Positions 29,160 to 38,925 of a stretch of DNA of 64,000 nt are shown here, one piece after another. Source of the stretch: an uncultured delta proteobacterium (GTDB lineage Bacteria; Myxococcota_A; Polyangia; Fen-1088); the NCBI GenBank assembly GCA_963767925.1, contig CAVYGB010000002.1, positions 1,920,001-1,984,000 on the forward strand, written 5' to 3'. A program made the position numbers and the translations under genes. Below the pieces are notes generated by a model. The model saw only the letters and a program-made list of their open reading frames with translations. It searched no databases and was not told where the DNA came from. Each line of letters opens with the position of its first letter. The stretch's first letter is position 1.

Positions 29160-29940
29160 TCAGCGTCTTTCAGCCGCCGCCGCCCGGCGCCGGAACTCGT
29201 GCCAGGCCTCGGTGTATTCGAAGTGAAACGACGCGGGCGCGGGCGGTCCGGCGAAGGCCGGCGCATCGGCGGCCACCCGGAGCAGGGCCGCCTCGGCGTC
29301 CTGGCGCTTCTGGTCGACCCGGGCGCCAGGGGTCTGCTCGAGCCAGCGGGCGAGGCGGTCGGTCGCTTCGCCGGGGGTGGGATCGGCGGCCAGGATGGCT
29401 GCCAGGCTGCGCTCCGGATAGAACAGCGCCTTGCCGGTGCGGATCAGCCGCTCCCGGGTGGGGGCGTCGATGACGGCCTCCTGCTCGGCCTTGTGCAGGG
29501 TCGCGCGGATGTTCACCATGGCCTCCCCGAGGGCGCGGTAGGACCCTTCCCGACCCTGGTGGGCGACGGCCACCTCGTCGTCGTCCTCGAGGATCCCCGT
29601 GCGGAACGCCTCGAACACGGCGCCCACCCCCACCATCCCGAAGGCGGCCAGCTCGGCCGCGCGCAGGGCGCCCATGCTGGCGGCGCCGTAGACGCGGACG
29701 CCGTGGGCCAGGGCCCAGAGGATCTCCTTGTGCCAGATCGCGAGCGACTGGTCGAACACTCCGTCGATTACCAGCAGCGCCGCCGGCCGCTGCAGGGAGG
29801 CCCGGTAGACGTCGCCGAGCCGGGCGGGTCCCAGGAAGGTGGCGCCGGGGAGCAGGGCCCGCGCCTCGGCGGCCGGCAGGGTCGGCCCCAGGAAGACACG
29901 CGGACGGGACGACGGCGGCGGCGGCCGGCTCGCCGGTCAT
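29160..29940 (-). CDS. tfuA: TfuA-like protein (thioamidation partner); apparent frameshift near 29897
   Basis: VFLGPTL, PARLGDV, IDGVF...WHKEILWAL...GAASMGALRAAEL, DDDEVAV, MVNIRATL, QKRQDA; ATG 29940 with GGGAGG RBS is out of frame with the body. Confidence 0.9.
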
Positions 29941-31180
29941 GCGCCCTCCCGGGCGACGGCCGCCGCGCGGGGCCGGGGACGTAGGCCGGGTTCTCCGAGA
30001 CCCCCTCCAGCCCCGGGACGACGACCCGGACGACGTGGACCGGATAAGCCGGGCGGGACAGGTCGACGACGACCACCTGGTCGAAGCCCCGCCCGGTCAG
30101 CCGGGCCAGGCAGAGGCGCAGGTCGGCCTCGAGGTCGCCGGCGGGGCGGCCCTCGATCGCCGCCAGGCGGCGGGGGGGCCGGGCGGGCGTGGCCATCTGG
30201 GCGCGGTGGCGGGCGTCCTCCGCCTCCGACTGCAGCCGGGCGATCTCGTGGCTCTGCAGGTCGTCGCGCGAGCCGACGATGCGGGTGAGCCGGCTCTGGG
30301 CCGCCTCGGTGAGGGCGCGGGCCAGCGCCACCGCGGGGTCGTTGTGGCAGCCGCCGCCCCGGGCCAGGCCGACCGGCCGGAAGGGATCGAAGGTGGCGTC
30401 GAGGGCGCCGCAGAGGAAGCTGGGGATGCCGACGTCGGTCGTCGTGTCCCACACCGCCACCTCGACCCGGGCCTGCTGGTACCGTTGCAGCAGCGCCCGG
30501 CAGGCCGGGTCGGCGACGCTGTCGAGGTCGAGCCGGCGGGCCCACTGGGCGGGGGCGCTCCGCCGGAGAAACAGGCTGAGGGCGTCCCGCTCGATCACCT
30601 CCCACAGCCCGTGCAGCGTCGCCTCGAGCCGGGTGTTGCCCGAGGCCAGCCCGTTCGAGCCGACCGGAAAGCAGCCGCTCCCCTCCGGCAGCGGCAGCCG
30701 CAGGTCGAGGTGGACCATCTCGTAGGGCACCAGGAGCGGGCGGCCCGAGACCAGGTCGTCCCCCTCGGTCCACAGCACCCGCAGGTGCGGGTCCCAGGGC
30801 CGCACCGACCGGGGCAGGCCGGCCACCGAAACCACGGGCTTTTCCGGCGGCAGATCGGCGAACGACGCCAGGGTCGAAGGATTCATGACGCGCTCGGCGT
30901 GCCACTGCTCGACCGCCTCCATCACGCCCGAGGCCCGCGCCGCATCGAGGTCGATCCCCTTGCCCTGGCTCACGCTCAGCGAGCGGGCGTTGGGCCGCAC
31001 AACCATCACGGTCGGGATCCCCAGGTGATCCATCCCGGTCACGTTCGCCACCCGGGTAATGCCCATTTCATGCAGAAACGGCCGCATCCGCGCGACGGTT
31101 TCGGCCGGCGAACAGGCCCGCCAGGTCCCCGCCACGACGACCTCGCGATCTATTCTCGGCTCTGCCCAGGGAACAGTCAT
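29768..31180 (-). CDS. ycaO: YcaO family protein (TfuA-associated); probable true stop at 29937 if one C is missing at 29969-29972
   Basis: GITRVANVTGMDHLGIP, SVSQGKG, MEAVE, SNGLASGN, EVIERDA, ALTEAAQSRLT, VVRVVVPGLE. Confidence 0.92.
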   Translation of the reverse strand: MTVPWAEPRIDREVVVAGTWRACSPAETVARMRPFLHEMGITRVANVTGMDHLGIPTVMVVRPNARSLSVSQGKGIDLDAARASGVMEAVEQWHAERVMNPSTLASFADLPPEKPVVSVAGLPRSVRPWDPHLRVLWTEGDDLVSGRPLLVPYEMVHLDLRLPLPEGSGCFPVGSNGLASGNTRLEATLHGLWEVIERDALSLFLRRSAPAQWARRLDLDSVADPACRALLQRYQQARVEVAVWDTTTDVGIPSFLCGALDATFDPFRPVGLARGGGCHNDPAVALARALTEAAQSRLTRIVGSRDDLQSHEIARLQSEAEDARHRAQMATPARPPRRLAAIEGRPAGDLEADLRLCLARLTGRGFDQVVVVDLSRPAYPVHVVRVVVPGLEGVSENPAYVPGPARRPSPGRAHDRRAGRRRRRPVRVSSWGRPCRPPRRGPCSPAPPSWDPPGSATSTGPPCSGRRRCW

Positions 31181-31249
31181 ACGTCGTTGTCGTTGTGTAT
31201 TACGAGGCGACGGGATCATATTCCGTAGCCAACGACAAAGGGGGTTCCG

Positions 31250-31912
31250 ATGACCGAGCAGAAGGACGTGGCGAAGGTCCCGGCCGAAAACCGCGAAAAG
31301 GCCGCGGTGGCCAACGACGACAAGGTCCGCCACGACATCTATTTCGTGTCCACCAACGACGTGCTCTACAAGTTTCCCGTGGACGACGACGGTGGCTACA
31401 CGGCTCCGCCCCAGGCGCCCTCGTACAGCGAGGCTAACCTGAGGCACATCCACAACGTGGCCAACCCCGGTCTGACCGAAGAGGAGCCGCGGCCCCGCGG
31501 TCCAGTCTTTGCCACCTTGCCCGTGACGGCAGAACCCACGGCAGCCAGCATCTGGACTTGCTACGTCATCAACCCCAACAACCTCATCTATCGCAATGCA
31601 TATACCGCGGAGGAGTGGTTCGCGTCCGGGGCCAGTGAGACAGCCGGACCCACCATCCCCGAGAACTTCGATCTCATCGTTGCCGGGCCCAAGGGCCGCA
31701 TCTATCTCATGCAGGTCGGCGACGATGGGGAAGCGGCAACCTGCAGGCTCCTGAAGAACGAGGAAGTCAGGGACGAGATGGATCTGTGGGACCAGCTACG
31801 GAACGGGACGGTGGTTGGACGGGTCCTGTTCGGGAAGAAGATCGTACCAATGGTCAACGTGACCAGTGTTCAGCCCGACGCCAATGCTCAGGGCAACGGG
31901 AGTGGGCGATGA
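31250..31912 (+). CDS. Hypothetical protein with two internally similar domains
   Basis: 220 aa; DIYFVSTNDVLYKF..GPVFATLP..CYVIN resembles DLIVAGPKGRIYLM..GTVVGRV..PMVN. Confidence 0.7.
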   Translation: MTEQKDVAKVPAENREKAAVANDDKVRHDIYFVSTNDVLYKFPVDDDGGYTAPPQAPSYSEANLRHIHNVANPGLTEEEPRPRGPVFATLPVTAEPTAASIWTCYVINPNNLIYRNAYTAEEWFASGASETAGPTIPENFDLIVAGPKGRIYLMQVGDDGEAATCRLLKNEEVRDEMDLWDQLRNGTVVGRVLFGKKIVPMVNVTSVQPDANAQGNGSGR

Positions 31913-32862
31913 GCTGTTCTCCTCCTTCGTGGCTCGGCCATTCCCGTCGACTCGACCTCGACCAGGACCAGACCGATGCGCTGGACCCGGTCGAGATCGA
32001 CGGCACCTGGGACTTCAAGTGGCGGAAGGACGCCATCATTCGAGTGGCGTTCCAGACTCCGCCCGGCGGCGAAGAGGGAGCCAGGATCTTTCAGCACCTC
32101 GTTCCACGCGTCATCGAGGTTGCCCGGCGCTGGAAGACCCGGATCCGGATTGATTCCAGGTCTGCCGATCCGCCGCAATCCGTGCCTCTGACGTTGCACT
32201 TTCTCCCGAACCAGCCCCTTCTGGCCGCCCCACCTCCAGTCGGGATCGGTATAGGGGACGCTGTCCTCTATGACGTCCTGATCTCCCTCGCGCCTCTTCC
32301 GGTGCTGATTCCGAAGAGTCACAAGAGGCCCGAGCAGAAGGTCTTCCTCCCGCGTTCCGAGCTGGGTCGCTACGCGCGCCGGCTCGAGTACGGTACCCCC
32401 ACAGCGTTCCTGGGGGTCCGTCCGGGTCGGTCGTGGGCGTCGTTCTCGGAGACTCCCGAATGGGAGCACACCGTGCTCCACGAATTCGGCCACATTCTCG
32501 GCTTGGCCCATCCTTTTCAGCAGCACAACTCGAGGGTCGATTGGAAGGAGGACGCCGAGCTCAAGAAGATCCTTCCCGGCCTTCTGGATCTCGATCTATC
32601 TGAAGACGAGACTCAGGACTTCATCCACTGGCAGCTCAAGGCACGGCTTCCATCTCCGGCGGCTCTTCCGAATGCAGTGGCAGGAGGAGGTCCGTATTTC
32701 TCGGACGATTGGGAAGATGTGAGCGCGCCTTCGGTCATGAATCCGCCGTTCATGCACAAGCTCATGAGTCGCACCGGAACGGCCATCGAAGATGGCTGGC
32801 GGGTCAGTCCTACCGAGGCTGACCACGCCCACCTTCATGCGATGTATTTCGGGCGCAACTGA
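31909..32862 (+). CDS. Metzincin-type zinc metalloprotease with no signal peptide
   Basis: HEFGHILGLAH (HExxHxxGxxH) and putative Met-turn SVMNP; ATGA-coupled to the upstream ORF. Confidence 0.8.
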   Translation: MSCSPPSWLGHSRRLDLDQDQTDALDPVEIDGTWDFKWRKDAIIRVAFQTPPGGEEGARIFQHLVPRVIEVARRWKTRIRIDSRSADPPQSVPLTLHFLPNQPLLAAPPPVGIGIGDAVLYDVLISLAPLPVLIPKSHKRPEQKVFLPRSELGRYARRLEYGTPTAFLGVRPGRSWASFSETPEWEHTVLHEFGHILGLAHPFQQHNSRVDWKEDAELKKILPGLLDLDLSEDETQDFIHWQLKARLPSPAALPNAVAGGGPYFSDDWEDVSAPSVMNPPFMHKLMSRTGTAIEDGWRVSPTEADHAHLHAMYFGRN

Positions 32863-32865
32863 TCG

Positions 32866-35800
32866 TCACAGGAAGCGCAGCTCGACCGCCAGGCGAAGCG
32901 CCTCGTCCCATGACTTCGGATCGGCCTCCGCCGGTTCCCGGAGGCGCTCGAGGGCGGCCTCCAGGGCCGGCGGAAGCCGCTGCTGATCGGGCTGCAGAAG
33001 CTCTCCGGCCAGGGCCCGGATCTCGGCGGCCTGCTCCCGATCGCGCGCCACCGCCAGCTCGACGAACAGGCCCACCCAGCGAAACGGATAGGCGTGAGGC
33101 GTGGACCGCCAGAGGGCGCCGGCCCTCTGGGCTCCCGCCCTTGCCGTTTCGAGCTCACCCCGGTGCAGGGCACACCAGGCCCGGCAGGCCTCGGCGACCG
33201 CCAGGTAGGGCGTGAGCTTCGTGGCCTCCGCCATGGTTTGCAGGACGTCGGCGAGCTGCTCGGTCCGGACGAAGTCGCGTTGCCGTCGGGTGGCGATCAG
33301 CAAGTAGTTGAGAGAGCGCGCGAGGAGGCTCCGGTCCTCCACCCGCCGAGCCCCCTCGATGCCTTTGTCGAGCCAGCCGACCGCGGCCGCGACCTCCTCG
33401 GGGCCGCCCCATAGCAGGGCGAAGCCGAGCACGCAATAGGCCTCGCAGCCGTGCGCGTCGATGACGCCCGTCCGTTCGGCGGCGGCGACCGCCTTCTCCC
33501 CCGCGGTGACCGCCTCGGGGGTGAAGAAGTAGCGCCGCCTGCTCATCAGCTCGCCGCCCTTCGATGAGTAGAAGAGGCTCCGCTGCAGGGAGGTGCCGGC
33601 GGACTCCACCACCGGTTCCATCTTCTGGACGATCTCGAGGGTTGCGGGGCCTACCCGTCGCGAGTAGTACAGGATCGAGAGAAAGCCGTAGTGGATCGCG
33701 ATCCACTCCTGCTTCTGCTCGATGGTCTCCTGGGCCTCGATGGGGCCGAGGAGGGTGTCGGCTTGCTGGAGGTGGGTCTCGGCGGGGGCGTATTCGTGGA
33801 TGGTCCAGTGGGACTCGCCGAGCTTGCGGTGGAGGCGGGCGGCCAGGAAGGTGTCGGCGGGGGCGGCGCAGGTGAGGGCCTCGGCGAAGCGCTGGCGGGC
33901 TTCCTGGTGGCGGGCCAGGCGGAACAGGAGGTCACCCAGGGCCTCGGCGGTCTGGCCCAGCCGCAGGGCGCGGGTGGGGTCGGTGGGGGGGGCGGCGCGG
34001 GCCTGCCGGACGGCCTGGCGGTACAGCTCCACCGCCCGCTCGTTGGCGTAGACCGCCTCGGCCTGCCGGGCGCCCAGCACGAGGTGGGGGAAGGCGCGCT
34101 CGGGCACGCCGGCCAGGGACCAGTGCAGGCCGATCTCGCCCGGGAGCGAGGGGGCGCCCTCGGCAGCGCTCTCGCGGTCGAGCACCTCGGCCATCTGCCG
34201 GTGGAGGGCTTGCCGGCGGGCGGGATCGAGGTTGGCGGCGTGGACGGCGCGGAGCTGGTCGTGGACGAAGCGGTAGCGGTCGGGACCCGACGCCTCCAGG
34301 ATGCGGCGGGCGATCAGCTCCTCCAGGGCCTCGGACGAGGCGGCCATCGGCTGGCCGCTCTCGCGGGCCAGGGCCTGCAGGCGGGCGCCCGACCACTCGC
34401 GGCCCAGGATCACGGTCAGGTCGAGCAGGTCGAGCGACCGGCGGCTGAGGAAGTCCAGGCGCCGCTGGAACAGGCGCGCCACCGCCGCCGGGGCCAGCGT
34501 GTCGGCCACGCCCTCGGTCGGATCGAGCGGCCGGGCCAGGGTCCACCCCGACGGGCTCGACCACTGCAGGACGTCCTCCTCGACCAGCCCGCGCAGGTGC
34601 TCGGCTGCGAAGAACGGGTTGCCCTCCGACTGGCGGTGCAGCAGCTCGGGCAGCCCCTCGGGCAGATGGGCGGTGGCCAGCATCTCCCGGGCCATCGCCC
34701 GCAGGTCGTCGAGGTCCAGGCGGCCGAGCGCCAGCCGCTGGTCGGCGGCCAGGGCGGCCAGCCGGCTGACGGCGGCGCCGTCGTCGTCGGAGCGGTAGGT
34801 CCCGATGAGCAGCACCGCCCCCAGCGGCGCGGGGGCCGCGCCAGCGCCCTCGCCGTCGAGACTCTCGAGGAAGGCGAGGGTCAGCTCGTCGGCCAGGTGC
34901 AGGTCGTCCAGGATGAGCAGCAGCGGCGTCCGCTGGCTCTCGATCTCGATGAGCCGCCGCAAGCTGGCCAGCACGCGCCGCCGGCCCGGGCCGGGCGCCA
35001 GCGCCGCCGGCCGGGTGGGGTCGACCCCGGCGATGGCGCGGAGGCTGCTTTCGTAGGCCGCCAGCACGTCGAGGGCCTCGACCGCCTCGGCGGCGGGCGG
35101 CGGGGCCTCGGGGGCGCTCCAGCGATCGGCGAGGCGCTGCAGGAGCGGGCGGAACAGCGACAGGGCCGAGGCGCCCAGGGCGCCGTCGAGGCCCAGCTCG
35201 GCGGCGCTGCCCACCACCACCTCGAGCTGGCGGGCGCGGGCCTGGCGGCCCACATCGTTGAGCAGCCGGGTCTTGCCGATGCCGCTCTCGCCCGAGACGA
35301 ACACGCGGCCGCCGCGATCCTGACCGGCCAGGGCCTCGATCCGCGCGGCCAGGGCGCGCACCTCGGCGGTTCGCCCCTGCAGGCGGGGGCGATGCAGCGG
35401 CGGCCGGGGCAGCAGCCGGGGATCGGGATCGCGCCCCAGGGCGCGTTCGATGATCAGGACCACCTCGATCGCGCGGCCCAGGCGGTCCTCCGGGGCGTGC
35501 TCGAGCAGCCGCCCCAGCAGCCGCTGGATCTCGGGCGGCAGCCCGGGCAGGCGGCGGGCGATCTCGGCGCCGCTCAGACTCTGGCGCGCGCCGGGCGGGA
35601 GCGGAGGGGCGCCGCTGAGCAGCTCGAACAGGATGCAGCCGAGCGAATACAGATCGCAGCGCGCGTCGAGGCTCTCGCCCGCCAGCCGCTCGGGCGCCAT
35701 GTAAGCGGGGGTGCCGGCGACAAGGCCCTCTTCCTGGGCGACCTCGCGGGCGGAGGCCCCCGCGCGCACGGACAGCGCGGTCCCGAAGTCGATCAGCACG

Positions 35801-36553
35801 GGGCGGGTCCCGCCCGCCAGGATCACGTTGCGCGGGCTGAGGTCGGCGTGCACGACCCCCTCGCCGTGGAGGAAGGCCAGCGCGCGCGCCACCTCGGCGG
35901 TCAGCTCGAGGGCCACCTCCAGCGGGTGGCCGCTGCCGGGGGACACACGATCGGCCTCGCCCGGAGAGTCCCGCTCGGGCGCCGGCGCACCAGCCCGCTC
36001 GCGCGCCGGCGCGCCGGCCACTCTGCCGTCGGCGCACCGGCCCACTCTCCCGTCGGCGCGCCGGCCCACTCGCGCGTCGGCGTTCCCGCGCCCCGGCCGG
36101 CCGCCGCATCGATCACCACGGTCCGGGACACCGTGGCCGAGCTCGGGCTCCCCGTGGCGGCGGACCGCTGCGCGATCACGGCGCCGAGGTCGGGGCCGTC
36201 GATGAGCTCCATGGCGTAGAACGGGACCGGGCCTTCCAGGTCGGCCTCGAGGACGCGAACGATGCCGGGGTGCTGGTGGCGCGACAGGCGCAGCAACATG
36301 GCGATCTCCCGGCGCAGCAGCTCGCGGTGAAGCGGGGTCTGCGAGCGCGGGACCTTGAGGGCCACCAGGCCTTCGCTGTCGTCCTGCTGACCGCCCCGAC
36401 CGCCTCGGGCAAGACGCTGCCGGCTTTTCCTGCCTCGACGTCCTCGCTCACGCGCCGCGCCTGGTAGACGATCCCGGTTCCGCCGCGGGCCATCTCGCGG
36501 ACCAGGAGGAAGGAGCCGCAGCGGGGCTGCGCGGCGGATTCGGCGGGGAGCAC
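32866..36553 (-). pseudogene. Ser/Thr kinase - AAA ATPase - TPR protein split over three frames (two -1 shifts, near 36395 and at 36018); may be intact in vivo
   Basis: ARGGTGIVY (frame 1); VALK, HPGIV, YAMELIDG (frame 2); HADLSPRN, DFG, GTPAYMAPE, GESGIGKT, LDDLH, SEGNPFF, FVHD and TPRs (frame 3). Confidence 0.85.
35981..36082 (-). repeat. 24-bp coding tandem repeat (about 4 copies, TxEWAGAP)
   Basis: GAGTGGGCCGGCGCG-type units; one copy lacks a G and causes the frameshift. Confidence 0.7.
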
Positions 36554-36701
36554 GGGGCCAGGTTGAGGCGATGTTTCGCCGGGCGCAAGCCCCCCAGAAA
36601 TTTCGATTCGAGGGAACAGAGGGTTGGTTTGGGCCGGAACTGCAGTATGGTCTGACCGGTCTTTCCAACTTCGGGCAAGGCACTAGGCAGAGGAAGAACA
36701 C

Positions 36702-37616
36702 GTGGCGACACTGTGTCGCGCTGATGGGGGACATCGCGTTACGCTGGAAGCGGAGCACACGGTCGGCCGATCGTCGGACTGCCGGCTCAGCATCGCGGCC
36801 CCTTACGTCTCCACCCACCACGCGCTGGTGCAGTGGTCGGGCGCCGGCTGGGAGCTGCGGGATCTCGGCAGCACCAACGGCACCTGGATCAACGACGACC
36901 CGCTCCGCAGCGGCGAGACCCGCATCCTGGGCGAGGGAGACGCCCTCTGCTTCGGGCACCCCGACGAGCGCTGGCTTGTCGAGAGCCTCACGCCCCCCCG
37001 CACGCTGCTGATCCCCCTGCGGGGCGGGGTCCCCACCGCGGTCGAGGGGGACTTTTGTGGGCTGCCCTCGGCGGACAATCCGCTGGTGACCCTGTTTCGC
37101 GACGGCATCGGGAGCTGGAAGCTCGAGCGCGGCGAGGGGCAGGTGAGCGATCTGCAGGCCGGGCAGGTGTTCGACATCGAGGGGCGCAGCTACCGCTTCT
37201 CGCCGGCCGAGGTCCGCATGCGGACGGTGACGCCGGGCCAGCGCTGGGACCTGACGCGGATGCGGTTGATCTTCGGGGTCACGCGCAACGAGGAGCACGT
37301 GGAGATCGAGGTCCAGAACGGCAACGGCCGGACGCTCCCCGCCCGGGCCCACAACTACACGTTGCTCTTCCTCGCCCGCCGCCGCATCGCCGACCTGGAG
37401 GGTGGCCACCCGCCCAGCGGCTGTGGCTGGGTCGACAAGGAGGAGGTGCTGCGCGCGCTGTCGATGTTGCCGTCGCAGCTCAACCTGGAGATCTTCCGCA
37501 TCCGCCAGCAGTTCGCCGAGCTCGGCGTCGCCGAATCCACCCAGATCGTCCAGCGCCGCCCCACCACCCGCGAGCTCCGCATCGGCGTCGAGCGCCTGGA
37601 AGTTCGCGTCATCTGA
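36702..37616 (+). CDS. FHA domain protein with C-terminal wHTH-like domain
   Basis: VGRS, VSTHHA, DLGSTNGTWIN; C-terminal GWVDKEEV..LNLEIFRIRQQF. Confidence 0.88.
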   Translation: MATLCRADGGHRVTLEAEHTVGRSSDCRLSIAAPYVSTHHALVQWSGAGWELRDLGSTNGTWINDDPLRSGETRILGEGDALCFGHPDERWLVESLTPPRTLLIPLRGGVPTAVEGDFCGLPSADNPLVTLFRDGIGSWKLERGEGQVSDLQAGQVFDIEGRSYRFSPAEVRMRTVTPGQRWDLTRMRLIFGVTRNEEHVEIEVQNGNGRTLPARAHNYTLLFLARRRIADLEGGHPPSGCGWVDKEEVLRALSMLPSQLNLEIFRIRQQFAELGVAESTQIVQRRPTTRELRIGVERLEVRVI

Positions 37617-37629
37617 GGGCCGGGCGCGC

Positions 37630-38805
37630 TCAGGCCGCGCGCTCGGCGGCGGCGAAGCGGCGGCCGAACACGAGCGTCAGGACCAGCGGGATCACCTCCA
37701 GGGCGGCCGCGGCCAGGAAGGCGGTCTGGGCGCCGCCGCCCACGTCGACGAGGAACCCCGAGCCCATGTAGCCGATGAGGTTGCCGATGCCGAAGGTCGC
37801 CGTCGTGTAGAGGGTCTGGCCGGTGGCGCGCAGCCGCTGGGGGACACACTCGGCCAGCCAGGCCATCGCCGACCCCCAGAACAGGCCGAAGGTGAAGCCG
37901 TGCAGGCTCTGCAGCGCCACCATGGCCACCGGGTCGGTGACCAGCGCCGTCAGCACCCAGCGCACGACGGTGGCCGCCGCCGCCGCGGTGAACAGGGCCG
38001 GCAGGCTGAACCGCCGCCGGATCCGCAGGAAAAACACGAACGCCGCCAGCTCCGCCAGCACGCCCACCACGTAGGCGTAGCTGATGGTGATGGCCGAGAA
38101 GCCACGCTTGAGCGCCAGGATCCCCAGGAACCCGTGGTAGGGCGACAGCGACGCCCAGTGTAGCGGCGCGATGACCAGCAGCAGGCGCAGGCGCGGGTTG
38201 CGCAGGAGCTGCCCCACCTCCCGGATCCGGGGCGCCTCCCGCTCCGGCTCGCCCGGCACCGCCCGGATGCCGAGGGCGGCCAGGGCCGCCAGCAGGTAGG
38301 TCCCCGTGATGACCACCGGCACCAGCGGATCCCCGCCCACCCGCCCACGCGCCACCAGGATCGGCCCCATCACCCAGCAAGCCAGCACGAAGCTGGCCGA
38401 CCCCCACAACCGCAGCCGCGTGTAGTCCACCCCGGTCCGCCGGGCCTGCGCGATCGCCAGACTGTCGGTCAACCCGACGATGGCCACCGCCGCGATCTGG
38501 TGGAGCGCATACACCCCCAGCATCTCGGGCATCCCCCGCACCAGCACCATCGGCGCCATCCCCAGAAACGCCCCCAGACAAGCAATCCGCAAAACCCGAT
38601 CCGGCCGCCGCGTCCGATCCGCCACCCACCCCCAGAGCAGCGGCACCCCGAGATGAAACACCGGCGCCACCGACATCATCAGAGCAATCTCCCGCCCCGA
38701 TAGCCCCAGCCCCCACAGATAAGGCGCAAAGAACGGAATCGAGATCCCGAACGCCGCAAAATAACAAACGTAAAAAAGCTGCAACATCGCCCGAAGCCGC
38801 CGCAC
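37630..38805 (-). CDS. MFS transporter (MFS_1_like)
   Basis: About 12 TM helices; WGWVADR, YTRLRLWGS, LQSLHGFTFG. Confidence 0.88.
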   Translation of the reverse strand: MRRLRAMLQLFYVCYFAAFGISIPFFAPYLWGLGLSGREIALMMSVAPVFHLGVPLLWGWVADRTRRPDRVLRIACLGAFLGMAPMVLVRGMPEMLGVYALHQIAAVAIVGLTDSLAIAQARRTGVDYTRLRLWGSASFVLACWVMGPILVARGRVGGDPLVPVVITGTYLLAALAALGIRAVPGEPEREAPRIREVGQLLRNPRLRLLLVIAPLHWASLSPYHGFLGILALKRGFSAITISYAYVVGVLAELAAFVFFLRIRRRFSLPALFTAAAAATVVRWVLTALVTDPVAMVALQSLHGFTFGLFWGSAMAWLAECVPQRLRATGQTLYTTATFGIGNLIGYMGSGFLVDVGGGAQTAFLAAAALEVIPLVLTLVFGRRFAAAERAA

Positions 38806-38816
38806 TCATAACACAC

Positions 38817-38920
38817 CCTCTCTCTCCCCCCGCTCCGTCCGTCCGTCCGTCCCCGTCCCCGTAAGCGTCCCCATCCCCGTCCCCGCCCCCGCCCCCCTCT
38901 CTCTCTCTCCGCCCCCACCG
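38817..38920. repeat. Intergenic low-complexity pyrimidine tract; G-runs on the minus strand
   Basis: (CCGT)n, (CCCCGT)n, (CT)n units. Confidence 0.7.
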
Positions 38921-38925
38921 CCGGG

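Noticed and set aside
31181..31249. Short RiPP precursor ORF next to ycaO
   Set aside because: The intergenic gap is only 69 bp and no convincing small ORF with an RBS was found there or around tfuA
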